Shown here: piece by piece, positions 1 to 49,373 of the stretch
Position numbering within the stretch: the stretch's first letter is position 1
Layout of the letters: each line of letters begins with the position of its first letter
Source: Balanoglossus misakiensis
Taxonomy: Eukaryota > Animalia > Hemichordata
NCBI GenBank assembly: GCA_040954595.2
Contig: CM082576.2
Coordinates: 15,113,028-15,177,027 of the forward strand
Reading direction: 5' to 3'
DNA: 64,000 nucleotides
The notes under the pieces: generated by a model
Seen by the model: the letters and a program-made list of their open reading frames with translations, nothing else
What the model was told of the DNA's origin: nothing
Databases searched by the model: none
Made by a program: the position numbers and the translations under genes

Positions 1-405
1 TTTGAAACCATCAACATGACAGAGTCAAATTACAACAAATCTGCTGCGTACAGTAATAGTAAACTGGCCAATATCCTGTTTACTAGGGAACTGGCCAAGA
101 AACTGGACGGTACAGATGTTACAGCAAACTGTCTACATCCTGGTATGGTGTGGACAAATTTGTCCAGACATGTCAACGTATCTCCTCTGGTTAAAATCTT
201 AATGCGTCCATTAATTTGGCTAATGCTGAAGACTCCCGAGGAAGGGGCCCAGACTTTAATCTATCTCGCTGTGGCCAGTGAATTAGAAGGTCAAAGTGGG
301 AAGTATTTTGGAGATTGTCGTGAGAAACCCTTCACACCTGTTGCCATGGATGATGGTGTTGCTAAGAAACTGTGGGAAGTTAGTGAGAAGATGACCAGTC
401 TTTGA
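1..405 (+). CDS. RDH14: Retinol dehydrogenase 14-like short-chain dehydrogenase/reductase, 3' part of terminal exon (gene starts upstream of window)
   Basis: Open frame from base 1 to TGA at 403-405. Contains the SDR catalytic YxxxK (AYSNSKLANILF), NCLHPG, KTPEEGAQT and GKYFGDC. The tail AMDDGVAKKLWEVSE resembles the RDH11-14 family, and is closest from memory to RDH14. Confidence 0.8.
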   Translation, partial: FETINMTESNYNKSAAYSNSKLANILFTRELAKKLDGTDVTANCLHPGMVWTNLSRHVNVSPLVKILMRPLIWLMLKTPEEGAQTLIYLAVASELEGQSGKYFGDCREKPFTPVAMDDGVAKKLWEVSEKMTSL

Positions 406-1930
406 TGAATGGTGTATCATAGAATTGAAAATGTCTCTAATAGTTTGCATTTGAAACACCAGTGAGTGGGGAGGGGTGGTACTCTGGGCATGAAAATGAG
501 ACCTGGTCAGTTGACACACCCATATATGTCCTGTCTATGGGAAAGACATTTTTGATGGTTGTCATGATCAAGGATACGTATATAGTACTATGGTGCATTG
601 CTGTATTACGTGATGATTTAATTTTGTCCCATGGACGTATGTATAGATAAAACCCCATTTTCCGTCAGTATATATGTGTCATGCTGGGTTTTTTTTTTCT
701 GTGTTTCCTCACCAGTCACCACTTGCCTTGTCCCACATCACAAGCAGGGTGGCACTTGACCAAAGCCAACACCACAACGTATAGCAGATATGCTGATAGT
801 CTTGCTTGTAAGTTAGTCTGCACTTGAAATTAAAATGAAATGTGTGAAGCCACAGTAGCAAGCAACTGGAGGTCATATTATGTGTGATGGATGTCAACTC
901 TGCAAACTATAAATAACTAGTACATGTAATTTAAACATAATGTGCTTAGCCACACTCACATCTATGACATTACTAGTATTAGGTTGCATGAAGCACACAA
1001 GTGCAGGACTCACATTAGAGATAGTCACTCAACTGGCATGTGTGGGTGATCTAAGTTGGTGCTTGCTCGTATAAACGGTTTATTCCCTTGATAGGGGATT
1101 GAATTTTCATGTTTAATACAAATGGGGTGTGAAAATGCATCAAAGTTATAAACAAAGTCAATAAACTTGTACTTGATCCAGCAGATCCGATGAATGAAAG
1201 ATGACAAAGAAAAGGCAAAAATGACAAAAATAAAACGCTATTCGTATCAAAATACATGTATGTAACATTTTTTATTCCCATTTATTTATTTGACACAAAG
1301 GCATAAATCATATTCAAATCCTCTAGGAGTTGAGAATATGTTTATTATAGCGGACAGAAAATGGTTTACATGACCAGAAAAGAATTTGTTCAGTGAAAGA
1401 AGGTGGTGTTTGTTTTTGATGAACATTTCTGCACAAATGTAACAAAACCCCATCCTAACAAACCTTGCACTGCAAAACAATTGCCTTTTTCTAAAAATAG
1501 AAACTCCATCCGTTTTTAATAGTGGATCCAAAACACGCGTGTAAACTGTGTTTACACTGTCATAACTGTATGTGTTTATTGTTTCTCCGGGTGGGGGTGG
1601 GGGTGGGTGCTGGGACATGCAGCACAGCGCCACCAGCGGTAGCAATGTGACAGAGCTTAACTTTACCGAGTGTCAGTATCGTTCTCTTTGTACCATCATG
1701 CATTGTGCAACGTAGTAAGTTATCGTGATAAATTTTGTAGGAAGAATGACTTAAAATTATGAAATTTGACTTTCAAAACATGGAGTTTCGTGTTTTTATA
1801 CCCATGACAGCTATTCTGCGAATTTAAGCTCCCTGAAATCGGTTTTGTATAGCTCAAAATATTATTTCCGCCTGGTTCGAGCAATGCATCTTGGGTATTT
1901 TTGGACTAACTGGACCAGGGTAAACCCATG

Positions 1931-1943
1931 CTCGTCCTTTTCC
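1931..1943 (+). promoter_or_regulatory. Pyrimidine tract (5'TOP / TCT-type start site) of RPS29
   Basis: CTCGTCCTTTTCC ends 15 nt before the RPS29 ATG. This is the typical position and composition for ribosomal-protein gene transcription starts. Confidence 0.55.
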
Positions 1944-1958
1944 AACACAGAAGCCAAC

Positions 1959-3636
1959 ATGGGTTTTCAAACGTTGTGGTACTCGCATCCAAGGAAATAC
2001 GGACAAGGTTCTAGATATTGGTATGTGAAAATTAAATCATTAAGAGCTTTTTTAGGTTATCACGCTTCATTGCAATCGCCCAGGGTAGGCCTTAAGCTCT
2101 GTGATGTCGTGAAATTTGTCTCCAAAATTGCGTGTGTCGTGTGTTACTGCTTGCTGCCCTTTTCAAAATGGCGGAATATATACATGCATGGCGATTTATG
2201 CGGCCACCACAGTCGAATCACCCGACGGGCCGACTGTTTGTATCGCCATTGAGATCATTGAATCGCCAGCGCCGTTCATGCAGTAAACATTTACGATAAC
2301 AAACTTTCTCTGTTGAAATAGTCCCATCGTGTCATCTCAAATACCATAATGATTGCAGTAACTGTGAAGTGAGGGCCCTGCCTCGATTTCAGTTTCACCA
2401 GTCTGGTGTTGAAATACCTGACACTAGTCAGTCTTTTCGAGATCTTCGATGTACCATGTTATTAGTTACACCTTTTTTTCTATGTGTATTCAGGCCGAGC
2501 ATATGGTGTCATTCCATTCAAAGATGGGAGCACCTGTAAATGGCCGTTGACACATTATCATAGAAATATTGTGATCTTGCTAATTTATGAGATATTGTCA
2601 ACAGTTAACGTGCAAAAAATTGGATATGCAGAAAACCATTCCCAGAATCACATTTCTTGGAAAACTGCGCTTTCGTATAGAAAGGTCCCTGTAGTTCTGG
2701 TTTTGCGATTTATCCCACAGTAACAGGCAAAACCGTCAGTGCTCATCACTAGTCCAACCCTGCTACATGTAGTATGGAGAGTGTCAATCAGTCAAGCTTT
2801 GGTTCCTCCACACCATACCAGGCGTACGGGCAGAAAAGTGTCTCACAGGGACAACACCAAATCACTCCAGAATTTTTTCTCTCAGAAATATGGGTTTTGT
2901 TGATTAATGTGAGGTAGTGTTTCATTGATGAGAGCAACCAGAGTACATATTTTGGTATGGTCCTGATGGGGATTGACCAGAGATCACCATGAAAATGTAG
3001 CTGGACACTCATCATACTTAATTGTGACCATCAAATGCACTGTCATTTCTTAGTTTACTTTGTGCAAATACACGGGACAAATCTCCCCAAATGAACTTAT
3101 TTGTGTTGGAAATGATCAATGCTATATGCCCAGACCTCATACAAGAACGCATATACATGTACATAAATTCTGATCAGATAGGAATTTAATCATTGAACTC
3201 ATCTTTCTTATCTTCATTACAGCCGTGTATGCGGAAACAGACATGGTCTTATTAGAAAATATGGACTAAACATATGCAGGCAGTGTTTCAGGCAGTATGC
3301 TGACGATATTGGTTTCAAAAAGGTGAGGATACATTTTTCATCCACTACAAATTCCACTCCAATGTTATATGCAAGATATTAGAAAGGATATCAAAGTAAA
3401 AGTCTTACCAAAAAGAATAAATGGTAAACTCTGATTATTCTTTTTGGCGAGTTTTTTCACTCTCGTGTCTACAAGTGGGATGGAAGTTGTGTGTGGTTGA
3501 ACGTACATTCACTATATCTTCATCAGTAGAATCATAAACGGTGTCTTGTATCAAACATAATTAATGGTAAAAGGGCAGTGAGAGAGATACTTTGTCCCTT
3601 TAACACCTGACTGTCTGTGTCTTTCAGCTTGATTAA
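1959..3636 (+). CDS. RPS29: 40S ribosomal protein S29 (uS14), 56 aa, 3 exons
   Basis: Exons 1959-2020, 3223-3322 and 3628-3636, all GT-AG. Translation is [56 protein letters not shown], with the CxxC...CxxC zinc finger. AATAAA at 3861-3866. Confidence 0.97.
3335..3599. mobile_element. Truncated copy of TTAA-flanked fold-back MITE (family K1) in RPS29 intron 2
   Basis: Ends in ...GAGAGATACTTTGTCCCT followed by TTAA (3600-3603). Internal sequence matches the copies at 13601 and 59482. Left boundary is approximate. Confidence 0.7.
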
Positions 3637-5161
3637 AAAAAAAGTGGCTACAGAGGATCCAGACTACATGGCTGTCACAGAAATCAACTGATCTGCTCTT
3701 TGGAGAGAAGAGACGCATCTTCTGGATACTGGCGGAAAACAACTATGTTGCCACTGAAGATTGGGACCTTTGGATGATGAATTTGCTGTTTCTTATCTTT
3801 GAACAGAACACTGTAACAAATACAGAAGTGTGTTAATCGACATGTAGTCTGTTTCTGTGTAATAAAGTTTCTGTATTTGCCTCACAAACTTCTTAGTGTG
3901 TGAAGTGTAAATTGCTGTATCCCTGTCACAGTAGCCTGGGGTTGCAAGAAACGGCCATCTGTGAGACATTCATTTGCTTCTGGAAATATAAGTCACGACA
4001 TGATGACTGATGACAAAAGAGATTTAAAGTTCATCTGATACCCACTGAATTGACAAATGCATGAAATTGTGATTTGAATCAAGGATAACTATTTTGTTGG
4101 TTCTGCAAACTTTGAAGTTATTGGATATTCGTATGCTGTGTGCATCCAATCCATGACATTTGAAATTTTGCAAGTTGCTGAAGATGCATGAGAAATTCAC
4201 AGTGGTTTCTTTCTGCGGAAAATTTTTATTTGGCAAACCTCTTGACTTGTCCATTAGCCTGACAGTGCTTAGTAGATGTTTGCACACATTCATTTAACGG
4301 TATGAATGACCAAAGTGTACTTATAATTTCTACAATGATAACTAGAAACGGCCCAAAGTTATTGAAAAAAAAAATGAACAGAAAGTATTTTGGTATGATA
4401 TGACAAGCAGGCAACCAAACATATTGAGGTTCGATCGAGTCATATTTGGTCTTCATCTGGTCTCATTGCTTGAATGTGTCACATACACCTACCCACACAA
4501 CTGTCAACGTGTCAAAAGTTGGCAATTTTAATAGGCCTTTTTTTATCACCACTGACTGCTGGTGGTGTCATGGTATTCTTGAAAATGTGTTGTAGAATTG
4601 TCAGGATGAAGACAGAACTTGTAAAGGATTAAAAATCATTGAGGAAATTCCTTATTGAAATCTTGTGAAGATGATTGCCCTGAACATGATGATGGGAGGG
4701 TAGACGGCAAACATCAATTTAATCTGATGAATGGGTCAGGAATGATTTTTTGATTTATATGTAATGAAATTAGCATACATGCATTCCAGCCAGTACTTGG
4801 CCAGGGAATGTATGCTAAATCTCATAATTCATGTAATTGTTGAAAAATGATTTGGTAACTTTTATTGAGCAACTGATGCACAAGCTTTTGAAATGCTAGG
4901 CTGGAATCCAGACCCCGGCCCTGTTTAAAATTTGTTGTCAGCTTTGTAGATGGCGCTCTTCAAGAGTACAGAAATTTTGAACAATCGAATGACCCGTACC
5001 CGTGACCTCTGCTATTGCATCAACGTTACAGCATATCCGACCTGCCGGCTGCTAGTGAAACGTCCCCACACGTGCCATTGTGTCAAAACCAGGTTATTCT
5101 GCTTAGAAATAACGGAAGAAAAGTAAAACGTTGACTTGGTTAGGAGATAATATCCGTTAAA

Positions 5162-41752
<36,591 letters not shown>

Positions 41753-42351
41753 GCAAGCTTCTGATGTCAGCAGGAAAAAAACTACTCAACATTTTGACTC
41801 AAAAAAATTATGGTAACCTTCAGAATTAAAGCCTCATCCAGATTTACAAATAAAATTAGACTTTGATTTCTTATGTCTAATCAATGCTTGCATTGTACAA
41901 CCTTAGAATTTCCAATCACAGAATGTTATGCCCAATACAAAGTATAAAAAGTCACAAGATGACCTGAGGAAGATGCAAGAGAGGTGCCCCAAAACACTTC
42001 AATTAATTTTACAGTAGCAATTTAGGTGTCAGGTACAGGCTTGTAAAATCTAATTTCGTCACATTTTGTTGTCATGGTAAATCAAGTCTTTGTAGAGTGT
42101 GGTTTACTTGATGTCAATAAACAGCAAGAAAATAGAAGAAAATATATATCAACAGAAACTAATACAAGGATGAGGCACACTCATAACCATTGCAAATTCA
42201 TATTCAGAAAATGTACTGTGTCCCCCAGAAGGATCGAAATCTCTTCACACTGGTCATGTAACTTTTGTCTCTGGTGCTGCAGCTGCATAATAGTCTTCAA
42301 ACAGTTTATCCTGGTGACAGTCCTCCAGAGCAAACCATTTTATTGGTTTAA

Positions 42352-42436
42352 CCCTTTCACCACCATGGTTCAGTCCAAACCCATTGTTTTCTATGGTAAA
42401 GTTGAATCTCTAAAGAGGGAACTGGGGGTGAAAGGG
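42352..42436. mobile_element. 85-bp piggyBac-like MITE
   Basis: TTAA|CCCTTTCACCACCA ... TGGGGGTGAAAGGG|TTAA. Confidence 0.75.
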
Positions 42437-43399
42437 TTAAGTGCCCTCAAAATGGTGACGTGTGACTTTTTACTACAGATTCTACATAATTTGCAGCATA
42501 CCTGTGCATCATATGTTCATGATAAATGTCTTCAGACTGACAGGGTTTTCTTTGCTTCCATGTTTTCAGTTTTCAAATGAATTCTCGCATTTCTAAGTTG
42601 TGATGAGGTATAACGCCATCCCCATGTAGAAATGTGAATTTCTTATAAAGTGAGTACATGATTTGGTTGTTCAGTACACATGGTATTTTGAGTGAAGACA
42701 TACATCTGACATGAAAATCTGTATCTTTTTACAATGAGAGCGCACACTATCTGGAATAAATTTGCTGTTCAAAGCAGTGATGAGTAAATGATTATTCCTG
42801 TACAGAACACACACCCACAAACAATGTGTACTCAAGACATGGTTGATTGCTGCTTCAGGCCAAAATTGATACACTCCTCTTAATGGGCAGGGATCAAGCA
42901 CCTCACATAACATTAAAGGTATATAATTTGACAGTCCATGTAACTGCTAACCTGAGCTGACAGTCTAGGTGAGAAAGGGATCAACACACTCATAAAATCT
43001 CTCATTTCAAAATGAAGTATTTTGTGCTGCTCATTCTCAATCTACCAATTACACATGACACTCATACAAGACAAAAAACACCTAATGGGCACTGTTAAAC
43101 AGTTTCTTTTATTCAAAATAAACAGTATCTATAATTTATTAGCATTCATTATAATCATTTTTAATTTGAAGCAGATAGATATGCTGGATAGGAAACGCAT
43201 GATTAACACAATGTAAATATTAATGTCAACAAGCCTTGCATGTTTGTATCTGATACAGTTCATGGCCTTGACTCCATCCCACCTTGTAGTTTTAAAACTG
43301 TGATCGATTAAACTCTGGTTACCTTTGCTGAAGATCGGTCTCAGTGAAGAAAAATAAGACTATGACAAGATCAAATATTTGATGACTCCTAACTTGACT

Positions 43400-46300
43400 T
43401 TAATTCAACAGGGTGTGTGCATCATCATCATCTTTTTCTTTGCTGTATTTTTGTAAACTTTTTGCCAGGTCCTCTGTTTCAATCAAAGTTTCAACATTGC
43501 CTTTCCTCGTTCGATACAAATATCTTGCCCAGAAAAACATGATGGTCATTTCAACTATGAGCAGATAATGTCCAATGCCTGCAAGAAAACAAAAATATAA
43601 ACTGTGAAAAAAAAGCTGGCGTGCCAATGGACACCCCCATGTTATCATGTCACATACTACATCTAAGGGCCTGTTTACCAAACCAATCCCATATTTGGAC
43701 AGTCTACACGCTCCATGACCCATCCACTCCAATACAAACATATATGCATGGAACAATTTTTCAGACAAATTTTTGTTCTCTCACTGTAACCAGAAACTAT
43801 GAACCACGACAGTGGTTGGACATTGTGGTAGATAGGCTGCCATGCAATCTAAGTTGACCGAAATCCAAGCAGAAAATCGTGTTGTGTATCATTGTCTCAA
43901 ACTTCATATACATATACATGTTTTCGAAAAGTCTAAACCATGATTAAAATTGAAATTTTGCTCCGAACAGAAAATCTATTTGAACACTGAAGCTAAAATT
44001 ACAAAGCCTCATTGGATGGAGTGTACCTGTTCATTTTGTGTCTATATGTAACGGCGTGTCAAAATAATGATGAGGACCTGTACGCGTGTATTACGTTGGA
44101 AGCCTCATGAATGGACATGTAAAAACGTCGATTCTCACCTGAGAAGAAAATTTCTACCAATGTACTCTTCTCTATCAGCATGGTAATGAGTTCTTCAACA
44201 TTTTTCGCGTTACCAACATCAACCAATCCTAATTCCAAAGTCCCTGGTAAAATGAAAAAGGAAAATGTGAGAATACGGTATACTTTCGAATTCCGGAAAA
44301 TAAATAAAAAGATGCTCTTGTACAACAACAATGCAAGATCACCTGTGAGAAACTTGCAACGACAATGTGATAAAACTTCAATCCCCACAAGCAGTAATAA
44401 CTGCATAACGTGTGTCCTATCATTGCCTATGGTGGTCTTCATCTCCGACAACCACATACAACAACCACAACTCTATGGTAGTTGTCTGGGCTGTGGTTTG
44501 CTGCAGTTTTGTAGCCCCACGACTCCCCTTGACGATTTTTGTTTTGGACGGGGAGTGGTCCAAAACAAAAATCGTCAAGGGGAGTCGTGGGGCTACAAAA
44601 CTGCAGCAAGTCTAGTGGTGAACTGCACACTCCACGCCATACCTCACCAGCGCTGTCATATGTTATTGATTCGCAAAAGGCCAGACACTTAAAAAAGTAC
44701 TTACATCGACCATTTTCAGTTCCAATACATCGCACAACAACAACAGATGTTACGACTAGAAGGAGGAAATTCTGCACGTTGAATATTGCCAGCACCAAAG
44801 ATATGGTCAGAAACTTGGGCGTGATGTTGTACCCTTTCAACGGATTCTTCGACATGATGAAAAACATCATCAAGCCATACAATGAACTCAGTGTTGAAAC
44901 AGTAGTGAAGCAGTAAATTCCAGTGTTAATAAAATTAATTGGCACCTATAAACAAATGAAACAAGAATTATAAAATTAATCGGTTGATGTAAAATTGTAA
45001 GAAAACAAATAGTTACTTGCCAGAAAAATAAAAAGGCCAGTATTTTCTTGCGAAAGCATTTCTCCAAACTTTCGCATCAACACTCCAGTTCGAGAACAGG
45101 GAATTTTACTTAGCAACAAGAAAAGTGGGATGCCACAAAACACTATATTTTCTTATATAGTGTATGAGATGAGAGTATTTACTCGCCCAAAATGCATAAA
45201 GGGTAGCTGCAATTATTGTAGCCTTGGTGGGCCCGTCAGCGATCAAGCCCCCCGTCAGCGATCAACCACCCACCAAGGCTACAATAATTGCAGCTACATA
45301 AATGGTAGAGAACGATTATTCATTTTGGCGAGTTTTTTTCACTCTCGTGTCTACAAGTTGGATGAAAGGTGTGTGTGGTTGAGCATTGATTCAGTATATA
45401 TATCCGCATGTACATTAACATAAACGGTGTCTTTTATCAAATATAATTAATGGGAAAAGGGCAGCAAGAGAGAGACTTTGTCCATTTAAAATGATGAGAC
45501 ATAAAACGTATGCTTAAAATTTCCGCTACGCATCATTTGTTATGATTCTCACAGAAGGTTCTTGGTGGACTCATCCGCCAACTGTATGCCTAGTTACCAT
45601 GCATGAGCAAAACGAACGATCGAAACTGCTTTGATAATATCTTGATCAGAACCAACTTACGAAAACTAACTTACATCGGCTGGGTTGAATAGATATTCTA
45701 TCCATATAATTGCTGCTACAAATAAAGCGATGGGCAGAACGATACAAACTTGTAAAATTGCTATCTTCAAACGACGAAAGGTTACCCTAAAACATAAAAA
45801 ATAATGATGTTTGAAATGTCCTTGCATTAAACACACCGTTACTCTTTGAAAACGGGGAATAATAATAGAGTAACTACTTCTTTCGCTGTATGTCACAATC
45901 GTAGTTGGTTCTACAAGTAAACGTACATAGCTGAAAATCGACAGGCAGATTAGGACCTGTACAAAATTAACAGTAGGGAAGTACTGGTGTTTTTTTGGAG
46001 GGGGAGGGGTGTCACTAATTTTCATTCAGGTGTTTAGGGGATAAATAACTATACACGTTATTGTGAGCACTATATTCAAAACAATGGGTGGAAATGGCGT
46101 CGTCAAGAGAAGTGTGCCTTTGAAAAAAATTCATTTTTTTCGACCAAAGAAGAAACTTCAACAAGAAAACTGCTTAAAAACACAAATGTATTAAACGAAG
46201 GAGGATAAGTTGAATGTCACATCGCAGTACTTGTATAATCATCGTATGAAAGACACGCTTATATTATAATGCGTTATATACGTTATAATGTCTAGGAATT

Positions 46301-49300
46301 TCCATTTCAGGGACGCCCATCATTTTAAATTTTAAGTATAACGGGTGTACTTACTCATTTAATTTAAAACTGGGAAGAAATGTACAACAGCAGCAAAGAG
46401 GTGGTGCGGCAAAAGACACAACTGAACCTTTTAATTTGGCCAGCATAGAATGACTACCACCATAGTAATCTGAGACGAGTAGGCAGAACTGGTAATAGGC
46501 CACTGCCAAGTACCTGCAAGAGATAATGACGAAATAATGGTTGTTCATATAATTTGGGTCATTGCTTTGACATGGAATAGAATTATAAGATTAATTGTTT
46601 TCTGCACTTGGAGTATTTGATTATCAAATGACCACAGTGTGTATTATGACGAATACTTTAATATATCGAATAATGCGTAAACCCAAATGCAAAATCCTGC
46701 CTCCGCGCATGTCAGTCTGGTATGATGTTGGGCTCATGAGGCGATGTCGTTCATGACAATGAACATCACATTACACGCTAATATCTAACGAACTATGGTC
46801 CTATTTCGATGGTTTAAAATAGGAAGTCATTGGCTCATTCTTTCGTCCGTCTTTTCGTTCGTTTGTTTGTTCATTCCTTCCTTCCTTCATTCGTTCGTTC
46901 ATTCATTCATTCATTCATTCATTCATTCATTCATTCATTCATTCATTCATTCATTCATTCATTCATTCATTCATTCGTTCGTTCGTTCGTTCGTTCATTC
47001 ATTCATTCATTCCAATATACATGATACAAAGCATACATTTGCATTCAAGTGACGGCTGATTGTTCTGACCACAAAATAAAATACTCACAGTGAAATTGAC
47101 ATATTCAAAATAGTAGCTGCTCCCGGTACGTAAAGACCAATCAGCGATAGGACACAAGCCGCCTGTTGGAAATAGCCACAATAAAAAATAGTCAGTGGAT
47201 AAATAGTGGACATTAGATGGAATTTATGTACTAGTAATTTTTCGGTGTTTTTGTTCTATGTATCAAATTCTATGTTTTGTTCTACTCCCACCAGCATACT
47301 AATGTAATATATGTGTGTGTTTGTCAACATAGACTATATATGTGTGATGACCACTGTTCTAGTCCGGACTTGAAATTGATTTTCCAAAATTACAATGCTG
47401 AGCCTGAGTACACACGCAAAGGCTGTGTTGATAAGCTAAATCGTGATTCAGGGATTCGAACAAGAAACTGCAGGAGATACATAGTTGAAAGCATAGTCAC
47501 ACGTTACAGGCAACTGTGCTTTACTAATATATAGTAATTAGTTGTTAATCAGTCTAGATCATCTCTTTCCGCTAGTACCGTCAAGAGGTTTTTAGGTAAC
47601 AATGACAATGTATCTGGAATACAGTAGACAGTCCTCTAGCGCCCATACAGAAAATGGACTTCAAGTTGTTTTAACATTGTTAAAGATTGGTGAATGGTCC
47701 GAAAGTCACGCCGTTTTCGAAACTTGCCGTAGGGGATTAGCCCGAGGACAGCAACTTCTTGACGTAGACCCCCGGTGTGGACCCTTCGCTGGGGGAAATT
47801 TAAGATCAGTCCATTATTCAATGTGATTCAAAAATTCAACATTGCACCAAACATTTCTTTTCCAACTCCAACTGACGGTAAAATCAATGCAACGTCAGCT
47901 ACTTTTGGGCGTGATTTTTTTTATTTGTGTGATGAAGACTTAATTGTCAAAATTATCGTAATGATTGATAGGAATTTATATCTGAATATGTAAAACGACA
48001 AATGAGTTACGCAATATTTGACACAGGGCGACGACGATATATATCAAATATTTCATGTTCGTGTGTGAGAAGTTACCAGTTTTATATATGTTCACACTAG
48101 CCAATACCTACGAAATTTCAAAGACACCGGATTAATGGTTTTCTCAGGTAGAACGTGGAGCTATAACTGTTTTCAATTTACAAAATGAAACCGTGGTAAG
48201 CTATAGGGCTTATATGATAAAGTCCCTCATGCGTGACAATGATAAAATGTTGTATTAACAAAAATGTACATGAATTTACATGATGGCCATTTCATATTCT
48301 GCCAATTCCTTCTCCCTAATACTGTTTGGAAACACACTCAATGACAAGTCTCTTCCAGTTTCATATTGACATGCGTTTTAGATGCAGCGATAAAAATCTT
48401 TGGTAATCTCCTTTTGTGCTCAAACAAGTAAAGCTTGTATCAAGACGAAGAGTCGTGTTTGTGTTTCGTTTGATTATGTAAATCTAACAACTTGGCATTG
48501 ATAAAAAATTTGACATACTGGATATGTGCCCAGCAACCATAGTAATCGTTTTCTTCTTCGACGTGATGGAATGTTACGATGAATAAAACCCAAAGCTTCT
48601 ATGAATAGTATTAGGACCAACACGGTCAGCATAGTGACAGTGGTCAATCCGATGATACCTCCGACTCCAACTTCTATAATGATAAGATAGTAGTAGTTAG
48701 AGAGCAAGTGTGCGTTAAGGTTAATATATTGTAGAATTTGTAGGAAACTTAGGTTGACACTGACGATATCGATACCGTAAAAGAAAACGTGCCAAATGAG
48801 GCCGCATGAAGTGTACTGTCGACCCCGTCCGACGACCCATTTCAAAGCAACAATATAGTGAAATGGAGAATTTTACATACAATAAACGCCTGCGCAGTAA
48901 AACGTCACCAACAATCTCAAATGTCGAAATGTTACTCTATTTAACGTCGTGTCGATTATGCCGCCTCTCACGTAGGAAAGTGCTGGTATATGTGGTTCGA
49001 GACATGATATCACCAAGACCACAGACATATACAGCCAGATCAAACTAACGTCATAATAATTACTACAGTGTTCTACTTATAACAGTTTCACACAAGATGC
49101 CTCAAATGTTATTTATAGACTAATAGTTATGTTCACGGAAAATATGAATACGTTCAACCATGTTTAAATTTAACCTCTTAACTATTGAATCTCCGAGTGT
49201 AAGCTTTTGTCACTTTAATAGACACACAGGTACACACAACGGCATTTGTTCCGCTCTATACACACACTAGCAATCTATTAACGCACTGATTCCAGACTTC

Positions 49301-49373
49301 GGAATATACATTTACCCGTGAAAATGGAATCCTCAAACAGGTCTTCAGTGCAGTTCTCGAAGGACAGAGCCAT
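43400..49373 (-). CDS. SLC51A: Organic solute transporter alpha-like protein (copy A), 7 exons, 325 aa
   Basis: Exons 49373-49316, 48673-48519, 47162-47089, 46513-46355, 45786-45675, 44945-44705, 43578-43400 (978 nt). About seven hydrophobic segments. Motifs WLLGTYP, DYYGG, APPLCCCCTFLP (OST-alpha Cys cluster), ILQV, STLSSLYG, PKF and LLIVEM...ARYLYR. Confidence 0.88.
44498..44609. repeat. Perfect 52-bp inverted repeat with 8-nt loop
   Basis: TTGCTGCAG...TTTTGGAC (44498-44549), loop GGGGAGTG, then GTCCAAAA...CTGCAGCAA (44558-44609). Confidence 0.92.
45165..45487. mobile_element. Truncated K1 MITE carrying a nested 93-bp hairpin insertion (45204-45296)
   Basis: K1 right end GAGAGACTTTGTCCATTTAA. 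The host motif is interrupted as CATAAAGGG|TAGCTGCAATTATTGTAGCCTTGGTGGG ... CCCACCAAGGCTACAATAATTGCAGCTA|CATAAATGG. Confidence 0.8.
46870..47012. repeat. (TTCA)n/(TTCG)n microsatellite
   Basis: Tandem tetranucleotide run. Confidence 0.95.

Noticed and set aside
1845-2252. 135-aa ORF overlapping RPS29 exon 1
   Set aside because: Only 1959-2020 is coding. The rest is promoter and intron read-through with no recognisable protein.
4000-4040. Box C/D-like motif pairs (also near 2925 and 4686)
   Set aside because: The C-to-D distance is only about 35-45 nt, with no terminal stem and no identifiable rRNA guide.
42074-42580. 168-aa ORF downstream of EPRS
   Set aside because: Lies in 3' flank, includes a piggyBac-like MITE, and has no motif or splice support.
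44059-44945. Cluster of overlapping 125-170 aa ORFs on both strands
   Set aside because: Explained by OST-alpha A exon 6 plus the perfect palindrome, which gives the same peptide on both strands. No domain signal.
46795-47052. HSFI-repeat ORFs, also GWLV-repeat ORFs at 57739-58012 and the LC-repeat at 41021-41362
   Set aside because: These are translations of microsatellites.
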